A DNA stretch of 64,000 bases from a bacterium (lineage in GTDB: Bacteria; Bacteroidota; Ignavibacteria; Kapaibacteriales; Kapaibacteriaceae): positions 4,104 to 68,103 of the forward strand of contig DAITZZ010000005.1 of NCBI GenBank assembly GCA_036840065.1, read 5' to 3'. The first letter of the stretch is position 1. Each line of letters begins with the position of its first letter. Both the position numbers and the translations under genes were made by a program. The notes below the pieces were generated by a model. That model ran no database searches and had not been told where the DNA came from. It saw nothing but the letters and a program-made list of their open reading frames with translations. Of this stretch, positions 36,649-44,482 are shown in pieces.

Positions 36649-38266
36649 ACTTCTTCCTCTGCTAGCCCTGGTCACGCTCACGGCGTGCACCCTGCCGCGC
36701 TATGCACGATATGCCGAGCCCCCTCCCCCACCACCTCCGCCTCCGGTATGCGAATCTCAACCGGCACCGCGAAGGATCATTGACACGACGCGTCCGAAGA
36801 CCGACGGCACCCCCTACTGGGTCATGTCACGCGTGCAGGGGGCGAGTTCGATGAGTCAGGAGTTTGGATTGCAGCCAGTACCGTCCGGCAAGGCCCTGCT
36901 ACTTGTTGGCATGTCGAGTCGTGACGCCAAGCCCCTTGTCGTGAGACGTCTTGATGCTGCGCGCGTTGAACGTCCTTCGCCGGACGAGCCGCAGACCGAT
37001 GTGCAGAAGGTGCTCGTGACGTTAGTGCCGGACGGAAAGATCATGGGTGACGCGGCCGTCAGCACGGCCACCATTTCAGGAAGGTCGGTATCAGTCGACC
37101 CTTCTGTGCTGATCGATGAAGAGATCTCGTGGGATGGACACCCAGCGCTTACCCCGAACGGACGCTGGATCGTCTTCGCCTCCGACAGGTCTGGATCCCT
37201 CGGTGGAGCGGATCTCTGGTACGCCCCCTACAGGTCGGGCTCGGTTGGCACGGCACGCCCACTCTATGGCGCGAACACCGCCTGTGATGAACTCACACCC
37301 TCGGTCACCTCGCGCGGTGTGCTGCTCTTCAGTTCTCCCGGTCACACCTCGCACGGCGGGTACGATGTGCACGAAGCACGCCTGGTTGAAGAAGGCGACT
37401 CCCTGCGCGCATCGAACATTCTGAATGTCGGCACGCCGATCAACTCGGCAGCCGACGAGATCTTCCCGCACATGATGGAGGATTCAACATTCTATGTGGC
37501 CTCAACGCGGATCGATGGGCGTGAGGCGGACCGACGGGACTTTGACGTGCTGGTTCTGCATCGCCGTCAGACGCTTAGCCAGAACATCGCCGTTGTCGAT
37601 ATCCCGCAGGCAACGCTGGTCGGCAAAGTCATAAACACCGTTACGAATACGCCGGTGGTCGACGCAGAAGTAATCGCCCGCCTTCCCCAGTCGTCCGAGG
37701 TTCTGGCCAGCACGCGCACGGACACGGCTGGCGCCTACCGCCTCCGGGTGCCCGTGGAACGTCCGGTCGAGATCACCGCGCAGAACGACGAGCTATTCTT
37801 CGACAGCTTTGTCACGACGATTCCGGCAAGCGAGCAGAACCGCACGGTGGAGCAGGAACAGCCCCTTGGCCTTTCGCCAACATTCATCCTTCGCGTCAAC
37901 TTCCCAACGTCGATCTTTGACGCCCCTTACCCGTTCTCGCTCGACTCGAACGGCATCGAGCTCGAACGGTCATGGCAACGCGACGTTGATGATCTGGTGC
38001 GAAATGTAAAGGCCGGCGAGGGGCGCGTTCGGAAGCTCGTGCTTACCGGACACACCGACGATGTCGATAGCGACGAGAGCAACATGCTTCTTGGCAGGCA
38101 GCGCGTAGAGTTCATCATCGACCGCCTTGTTGAAGGGGGCCTGCCACGCACCATCCTGGAAGGTCGTTCGGCCGGCGAAAAGCAGCTTCTGCCGCGTCGA
38201 CCCAGTGAATCCATCGAATCATGGCGACGTCGATGTCGCCGAGTTGAGCTTGTGAAGGTTCAGTGA
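36632..38266 (+). CDS. OmpA-family lipoprotein with PD40/TolB-like repeats and a carboxypeptidase-regulatory-like domain
   Basis: Lipobox LVTLTAC, a run of nine Pro residues, PD40-like WDGHPALTPNGRWIVFASDRSG..GGADLWYA, and CarboxypepD_reg TLVGKVINTVTNTPVVDAEV. The OmpA_C motif is LVLTGHTDDVDSDESNMLLGRQRVEFI. Confidence 0.85.
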   Translation: MFRSFRLLPLLALVTLTACTLPRYARYAEPPPPPPPPPVCESQPAPRRIIDTTRPKTDGTPYWVMSRVQGASSMSQEFGLQPVPSGKALLLVGMSSRDAKPLVVRRLDAARVERPSPDEPQTDVQKVLVTLVPDGKIMGDAAVSTATISGRSVSVDPSVLIDEEISWDGHPALTPNGRWIVFASDRSGSLGGADLWYAPYRSGSVGTARPLYGANTACDELTPSVTSRGVLLFSSPGHTSHGGYDVHEARLVEEGDSLRASNILNVGTPINSAADEIFPHMMEDSTFYVASTRIDGREADRRDFDVLVLHRRQTLSQNIAVVDIPQATLVGKVINTVTNTPVVDAEVIARLPQSSEVLASTRTDTAGAYRLRVPVERPVEITAQNDELFFDSFVTTIPASEQNRTVEQEQPLGLSPTFILRVNFPTSIFDAPYPFSLDSNGIELERSWQRDVDDLVRNVKAGEGRVRKLVLTGHTDDVDSDESNMLLGRQRVEFIIDRLVEGGLPRTILEGRSAGEKQLLPRRPSESIESWRRRCRRVELVKVQ

Positions 38267-40437
38267 ACATGCGTCTACCCGAATTCCTGACCCCTGCCCG
38301 TGTTGCCCGTGTTGGCGGCATCGGTCTGATCGTTCTGACGTTGGTGATTGTCGGGATCATTGCCTACTCGCTCAGCAGCGGACTGCCGACACTGGAGCAA
38401 CTGGAGAACCCGCCGCAGGAACTAGCGACGCAGGTCTACAGCGCTGACGGCGTGATGCTTGACCTGTACGCAACGACACGTCGCACCAACCTGGCGTTCG
38501 ACTCGATCCCGCAGGCCTTCGTGCATGCCCTCATAGCTACCGAGGACAGAGCATACTACGATCATTGGGGCGTGCACCTAACGCGCATCTTCAAGGCCGC
38601 CGTCAAGAACGTCTTTGCGCTGCGTGCCAAGGAGGGGGCTTCGACGATCACGCAGCAGCTTGCGCGGAATCTGTACTTCACCAAGGAACAGACGATCTCA
38701 CGAAAGATCCGCGAGGCGTGGACCGCATTGCAGATCGAGCGGGCGTACACCAAGAATGAGATCCTGGAAATGTATGCCAACACGGTGTACTATGGACGTG
38801 GTGCGTATGGTCTACGCGTTGCCGCCCATTCGTACTTCAACAAAGAGCCGATGAAGCTCACCACAGCTGAGTGTGCCTACCTTGTCGGACTCTTCAAGGC
38901 TCCGGAGAAGTACGGGTCGGATGACTCTCTCGGCGTCGAACGTCGCAATCTCATTCTCGGGATGATGCTCGAACAGGGCTATCTGACCGATGAACGCTGG
39001 GCGCAGGCCACAGCCGAACCGCTGCGCAAGCCGGCCATCGCCGCCGTGTTTCGGGGAATCGCTCCGCACTTTGTTGAAATGGTACGTCAGGAGCTTACCA
39101 AGAACGACGAGCTGCAGCGCGCCCTGGATGGCCATGATGTCTATCGCGATGGTCTGGTGATCCACACCACTCTCGATTCGCGCGTGCAGAAAGCTGCTAA
39201 CGATGCCGTTTCGGATCACATGACGGAGTATCAGCGTCTGTTTGATGCTTCCTGGTCATGGCGAGGACGCACGGCATTGCTGAATCAGCTCATCGATCAC
39301 GCCATCCGCCGTCACGCCAGCTACATTGGCTCACGTGGAGATGCCCGCACGTCGGTTGCCAGGCGGCTTCGCAGTGATCGGCGATTTATCGACAGCGTCA
39401 AGCGCATTGTCACAACCATCCAGACCGGCATGGTGGTCATCGAACCGCGATCCGGAAAGATCATTGCCATGGTTGGCGCGTCCCCGCAGGCAATGCGTCT
39501 GAATTCCGCAAGCCGATACTCACTCAATCACGTCACGCAGATCCGACGTCAGCCCGGATCATCCTTCAAGCCCTTTGTGTACGCAAGTGCCCTCGAGCAG
39601 CAGCCCGAGCTCACGCCCGACTCTCCCATAGAGAGCGGCCCGTTCAGCTGGACGCTGGATGACGGAACGGTATGGGCGCCCAACGGTTCGCGAAAAGGGG
39701 GCGGACCGATCCCGCTCAGAACAGCGCTGAAATTCTCAACCAATACCGTTGCCGCGCGCCTGGTCACCATGCCGGGATATACCACGCCATCCAATGTGAT
39801 CGAACTCTGCCGCAAGATGGGCATCACCTCGCCAATGCAGGCCGTGCCATCGATCGCTCTCGGTTCACTGGAAGTATCGCCCCTTGAGATCACATCGGCC
39901 TACGGATCCTTTGCCAACCAGGGCATACATCTGCAGCCGAACTACATCACGCGCATCGAGGATCGAATGGGCAACGTGCTCTACGAAGCAAAGGCCTCAC
40001 GTCGCGTTGTCACCGAGGGCTGTTCGCCCGAGGTTGCCGGCGCCATGGTATCGATGATGCGCGGAGTGGTCGACGGAGGAACGGCCTCGAGCATCCGTCG
40101 CTTCTTCGCAGGAGAAGCCGCCGGGAAGACAGGAACGACCAATGACTTTGCCGATGCCTGGTTCGTCGGGATGACGCCGGAGCTGGTCTGCGGGGTATGG
40201 GTTGGCTTCGATGACCAGCGCGTACGATTCACGGGCGACTATGGTCAGGGCGGGCGCGCCGCAGCACCGGTATGGGGACGACTCATGCAGAAGGTGTATG
40301 GCAATCCGCTGGTGCCATGGCGGCAACGCTCGTTCGCCGTCGCGACCGATTCGACCGATCAGGTCACCGACGTCGATATTCAGAATCCGGCGCGCGAGGA
40401 GATCTCTGATTCACCGAACGATTCGACAGGAAGATGA
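38263..40437 (+). CDS. mrcA: Penicillin-binding protein 1A (bifunctional transglycosylase/transpeptidase)
   Basis: GT51 motifs ATEDRAYYDHWGV and GASTITQQLARNLY; transpeptidase motifs GSSFKPFVYASAL and GKTGTTND. The GTG at 38263 overlaps the upstream stop; the first ATG is at 38269. Confidence 0.95.
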   Translation: MNMRLPEFLTPARVARVGGIGLIVLTLVIVGIIAYSLSSGLPTLEQLENPPQELATQVYSADGVMLDLYATTRRTNLAFDSIPQAFVHALIATEDRAYYDHWGVHLTRIFKAAVKNVFALRAKEGASTITQQLARNLYFTKEQTISRKIREAWTALQIERAYTKNEILEMYANTVYYGRGAYGLRVAAHSYFNKEPMKLTTAECAYLVGLFKAPEKYGSDDSLGVERRNLILGMMLEQGYLTDERWAQATAEPLRKPAIAAVFRGIAPHFVEMVRQELTKNDELQRALDGHDVYRDGLVIHTTLDSRVQKAANDAVSDHMTEYQRLFDASWSWRGRTALLNQLIDHAIRRHASYIGSRGDARTSVARRLRSDRRFIDSVKRIVTTIQTGMVVIEPRSGKIIAMVGASPQAMRLNSASRYSLNHVTQIRRQPGSSFKPFVYASALEQQPELTPDSPIESGPFSWTLDDGTVWAPNGSRKGGGPIPLRTALKFSTNTVAARLVTMPGYTTPSNVIELCRKMGITSPMQAVPSIALGSLEVSPLEITSAYGSFANQGIHLQPNYITRIEDRMGNVLYEAKASRRVVTEGCSPEVAGAMVSMMRGVVDGGTASSIRRFFAGEAAGKTGTTNDFADAWFVGMTPELVCGVWVGFDDQRVRFTGDYGQGGRAAAPVWGRLMQKVYGNPLVPWRQRSFAVATDSTDQVTDVDIQNPAREEISDSPNDSTGR

Positions 40438-41093
40438 GCATGCAGCGAACCTGGAACTTCACTGACGGCACAACGATCCCCGTCGGCACGATGTACTGCA
40501 TCGGGCGCAACTATGCCGCACATGCTCGGGAGATGGGTGCGACGGTTGCCGACGATCCCATTGTGTTCATCAAGCCCCCTTCGGCGTATCGGACAGAAGG
40601 TGTGCCCATTGAGCTTCCGGAGTTTTCACGAGATGTTCATCACGAGGTCGAACTGGTTGTGGTGATAGGAGCGGACGCGGACACGATTGATGCTCGTTCG
40701 GCTTGGGACGTTGTAGCCGGTGTTGGCGTCGGACTGGATCTGACAGCACGCGACCTTCAGTCAGAGGCCAAGAAAAATGGCCACCCTTGGTCGGTGGCGA
40801 AGAGCTGGAAGGGCTCGGCACCTGTCAGCAGGATCATCCCGCGCCACCAGTGCGGCAGAGGTCCATGGGAACTTGGCCTGCATGTGAACGACCATATCCG
40901 ACAGCAGGGATCTACGGCTGATATGGAGCGCAGCGTTGAGCAGCTAATCGCGTATTTGTCGACGGTCTTCACCCTGCAACGGGGCGACTGTATTTTCACC
41001 GGCACGCCCGAAGGCGTCGGTCCGCTTCGTGCGGGCGACCACGTGCGTGCCACACTCGACGGGCGGCCCGTCCTGAACATGGTATGTCAGTAA
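40434..41093 (+). CDS. Fumarylacetoacetate hydrolase (FAH) family protein
   Basis: MYCIGRNYAAHAREMG, HHEVELVVVIG and FTGTPEGVG motifs. ATGA overlap with the PBP1A stop. Confidence 0.88.
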   Translation: MSMQRTWNFTDGTTIPVGTMYCIGRNYAAHAREMGATVADDPIVFIKPPSAYRTEGVPIELPEFSRDVHHEVELVVVIGADADTIDARSAWDVVAGVGVGLDLTARDLQSEAKKNGHPWSVAKSWKGSAPVSRIIPRHQCGRGPWELGLHVNDHIRQQGSTADMERSVEQLIAYLSTVFTLQRGDCIFTGTPEGVGPLRAGDHVRATLDGRPVLNMVCQ

Positions 41094-42493
41094 CCCGCTT
41101 CACATCCAGCCCCCTTCTCATCCTTGCTCTGCTGGCTCTTGTCGCAAGCGGATGTGGAACGATCACTCGCGTTGAGCGCGACGTGTACACAACAACGACG
41201 CTTGATACGGTGGTAACGCAGCGCGTGACCAATCCACCGGGCGAGCGTGACAACGGGGTCATCGCTCCAAGTTCGCGTGTCGAAAACCGCGTACGCACTG
41301 TTGGCTATGCCGACAGTATTTCGGTCCGCGAATACCCCAACTTCATCCGTTGGTGCCTGTTCGAAGGCGTCAGCCTCGTGGGTTCCGCGGATGCGAACTC
41401 CGAGAGTACCAAGACGGGACTCTTCGGTCTGTACCGTGACATTAACGATGTGCTCTTCGGAGAAGACCCGCAGGACACGTCATTCATTTTCGATGGCTAC
41501 ATGTTTCGAATGGGGCTCATGGAATGGAAGCTCGACTGGTTTGATCACGCTCCCGACTGGTCATGGGGCGTCACGGCCTTTGAGATCATTCGCCCTGACA
41601 ACGACAACATTCTCACGGGCGCTGGCGTGCTGTCGGTGAACAAGCGATTCTATCTGCGGAGTAAGATCCCCTATGTCACCATCCGTCCGTCGGTTTCGCT
41701 GTCTCTCCTTCCGACACAATACGTCAACCCATCGGTTTCGGCGGAGATCGGAAGTATCGGTGGTGTGAACCTACGTGCATATGTGGGTTACGCATTCGGA
41801 TCCGCTCTCTTCAGTTCAACCTCTGAGTTCATCACCGTACCGTATGCCGGCCTGGGAGTTTCCGTGATGGACTTTCTCAACCGCGAGGAAGAACTCGACA
41901 CCGAGTGGAAGTATCACGAGCATTCGGCATGGGACGTTGGTCTGATTGAACTGACCTTTGTCGGAAGCGAAGCCGACCGCTCCATCTTTGCTACGCGACG
42001 GAGCGGTGCCGATGCCCCAATGATCAAAGGGGTCACAGGACGCTTTGCCATTGCCGACATCGCGCTGCCCTTCCTCGACTATCGACTTTCGCTCGGCACG
42101 TCGCTGATCAACACCGTGCTACTTGGTTCTACCGAGTATGGCATCGGCGTGCTTCCGCTGCGCCTGACGTATCACTGGATGCCATTTACCAGCAGCTTCC
42201 GCGTTGAGCCGTTTGCTGAAGTGAACTTTGCCCCGTCCAGCTTCGTTCACGCCGGCGTTCGGATGTCCTTTCCGGTCGCCGATCAGATGTCGATCACCTT
42301 TGTTGCCGGCTGGGCCAATGGCAACACGGGCTCGCGCGTAGCAGGTCTCGAAGAGTTTGGATTTTCCATCGATCAGCGTCGCCTGGTTGATCCGCACTTC
42401 GGTGCGATCTATCTCGGCATCGGGGCTTCGCTGTTCGACCAGCTGTTCACGCGCAAAGACCTGCGCTACGGCAAGGGCTACCCACATGAGTAG
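41084..42493 (+). CDS. Hypothetical lipoprotein (469 aa), no recognisable family
   Basis: Lipobox LVASGC after a hydrophobic leader (MSVTRFTSSPLLILALLALVASGCG). The ATG overlaps the FAH gene end by 10 nt. The sequence is rich in aromatic/Gly beta-strand-like segments. Confidence 0.65.
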   Translation: MSVTRFTSSPLLILALLALVASGCGTITRVERDVYTTTTLDTVVTQRVTNPPGERDNGVIAPSSRVENRVRTVGYADSISVREYPNFIRWCLFEGVSLVGSADANSESTKTGLFGLYRDINDVLFGEDPQDTSFIFDGYMFRMGLMEWKLDWFDHAPDWSWGVTAFEIIRPDNDNILTGAGVLSVNKRFYLRSKIPYVTIRPSVSLSLLPTQYVNPSVSAEIGSIGGVNLRAYVGYAFGSALFSSTSEFITVPYAGLGVSVMDFLNREEELDTEWKYHEHSAWDVGLIELTFVGSEADRSIFATRRSGADAPMIKGVTGRFAIADIALPFLDYRLSLGTSLINTVLLGSTEYGIGVLPLRLTYHWMPFTSSFRVEPFAEVNFAPSSFVHAGVRMSFPVADQMSITFVAGWANGNTGSRVAGLEEFGFSIDQRRLVDPHFGAIYLGIGASLFDQLFTRKDLRYGKGYPHE

Positions 42494-43082
42494 TCGACGC
42501 TTCGCGGAACCGGCAAAACACCTTTTGTTGACTGTGCTTGGCAGTATCGGCGTTGTTGTGTTGAGCTCCTGCTCGATCTCGAAGTTCACCATGCAGGAAT
42601 CGTTTGCCTATCCGGTTCGGGCCGTCGTGCTGACGCGTCCCAATACCGTCAGGCGCACCCACGACAATGGTCTCGAGATCAAGGGTCCGGCACGTGTCGG
42701 ACTTCGTGCCGAACGTGTTACGCACGGACAGTTTTCCGTTGAGATCATCAGGCAGTCTGCAAGCCCCCTGATCATTCAGACACGGACAACACCGCATGAC
42801 GATTCTGTACTTGGCGATCGAGGTCTCGTGATCACCATTGCCGGTGACAGCACCGTGGTCGAGCAGAACGGGCAACGCAGCACCATTTCCACGCCGGTGC
42901 CGATCGGCAAACCCTTCGTCGTGGAGATCGGGAACTTCGGACGCACCATGCAGCTTCGGGTCCATCACACCGAATGTGGCGAGTTCTCCAGTCGACTCCA
43001 CTGTACCGAGTGGGTGATCATCTCGGTTTCGGATACATCCCGCATTTTCGTGGGAGATCCGTGGTTCAATACCATCATCTGA
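42486..43082 (+). CDS. Hypothetical small lipoprotein (198 aa), possibly a beta-sandwich (jelly-roll) fold
   Basis: MSSRRFAEPAKHLLLTVLGSIGVVVLSSC lipobox. The ATG at 42486 overlaps the upstream stop by 8 nt. The ORF-track start at 42357 lies inside the upstream gene. Confidence 0.6.
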   Translation: MSSRRFAEPAKHLLLTVLGSIGVVVLSSCSISKFTMQESFAYPVRAVVLTRPNTVRRTHDNGLEIKGPARVGLRAERVTHGQFSVEIIRQSASPLIIQTRTTPHDDSVLGDRGLVITIAGDSTVVEQNGQRSTISTPVPIGKPFVVEIGNFGRTMQLRVHHTECGEFSSRLHCTEWVIISVSDTSRIFVGDPWFNTII

Positions 43083-43099
43083 ATATCCCTCATCACCAC

Positions 43100-44482
43100 A
43101 TGACCAAGACCATTACCATTGCCGGAGGCGGCCTCGTCGGCTCGCTGCTTGCCACCCTGCTTGCCCAACGCGGACATCGCGTGCGCCTTGTCGAGCGACG
43201 CTCTGATCCTCGCGCAGCCTCGGCCTATGCAGGACGTTCGATCAATCTTGCCATGTCCGACCGTGGACTACGGGCACTGTCACTGGCCGGACTCGACGAT
43301 GACATTCGCGCGATCGCCATTCCCATGCATGGCCGTATGATGCATGACCAGCAGGGCAATCAGACCTATCAGGCCTATGGGAAGGAAGGCCAGTTCATCA
43401 ACAGCGTATCACGCGGCGAACTGAACAAAACTCTGCTCAGTGCCGCCGAGAAGGCCGGCGTTGAGATCATCTTTGGAGCCGGTTGCGTAAACGTTGACTT
43501 CGAGAATGCGTCGGCAACATTTTCTCGCCCCGATGGTACAATGTTCACGCTTGATGGCGATGTGCTTTTCGGTGCGGACGGCGCTTTCAGTCAGGTGCGC
43601 GGACGTATGCAGATCACCGACCGGTTTAACTACTCTCAGTCCTACATCGAGCACAGCTACAAGGAGCTTCATATCCCGGCGGATCAGGCAGGGGGCTTCC
43701 GGATCGAGAAGAACGTGCTGCATATCTGGCCGCGACACAGCTTCATGATGATCGGGCTGCCCAATGTCGACGGTAGCTTTACATGCACGCTTTTCCTGGC
43801 ACATAAGGGTCCGGTCTCCTTTGAGCAGCTCACCACGCCGCAAGCCGTTCGTGGTTTCTTCGAGGAATACTTTGCCGACTCGATTCCCCTGATGCCCTCA
43901 CTGCTCGATGACTTCGCCTCCAATCCGGAATCATCCCTCGTTACGGTGCGCTGCAGTCCATGGGTGCTGCAGGACCGCGTAGCGCTTATTGGCGACGCGG
44001 CACACGCGATCGTTCCGTTCTACGGTCAGGGCATGAACTGCGGATTTGAAGACTGCCGTATTCTGATGGAGTGTCTCGATGTCTATGGCGATGACTGGAC
44101 ATCGGCGCTGCGTGAGTATGAGCGCCTGCGCAAGCCGGCCGGCGATGCGATCGCAGACCTTGCGCTGGAGAACTTTATCGAGATGCGCGACAAGGTGGCT
44201 GATGTGCGGTTTCTTTGGCGAAAGAAGATCGAAGCGTGGATCCACGCTGAGTACCCATCGAAGCTCATCCCGCTCTACACGATGGTCACGTTCTCGAGCG
44301 ACATTCCCTACAACGAGGCACTGCGCGTTGGACGTGAACAAGATGTGCTGATGGAACAGATCATGTCCATCCCGGCCGTAATCGCTGACTGGACATCTGA
44401 CGCAGCTCGGGCAGAGATCCGTTCAGTGATGACATCACGCCCGGATGTGATCATCGCCTCTGGATCACCACCTCAGCGCTGA
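43100..44482 (+). CDS. kmo: Kynurenine 3-monooxygenase (FAD-dependent)
   Basis: ITIAGGGLVGSLLA dinucleotide fold, GADGAFSQVR, HIWPR..FMMIGLPN.DGSFTCTLF and LIGDAAHAIVPFYGQGMNCGFEDC, which match the KMO signature closely. Confidence 0.9.
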   Translation: MTKTITIAGGGLVGSLLATLLAQRGHRVRLVERRSDPRAASAYAGRSINLAMSDRGLRALSLAGLDDDIRAIAIPMHGRMMHDQQGNQTYQAYGKEGQFINSVSRGELNKTLLSAAEKAGVEIIFGAGCVNVDFENASATFSRPDGTMFTLDGDVLFGADGAFSQVRGRMQITDRFNYSQSYIEHSYKELHIPADQAGGFRIEKNVLHIWPRHSFMMIGLPNVDGSFTCTLFLAHKGPVSFEQLTTPQAVRGFFEEYFADSIPLMPSLLDDFASNPESSLVTVRCSPWVLQDRVALIGDAAHAIVPFYGQGMNCGFEDCRILMECLDVYGDDWTSALREYERLRKPAGDAIADLALENFIEMRDKVADVRFLWRKKIEAWIHAEYPSKLIPLYTMVTFSSDIPYNEALRVGREQDVLMEQIMSIPAVIADWTSDAARAEIRSVMTSRPDVIIASGSPPQR

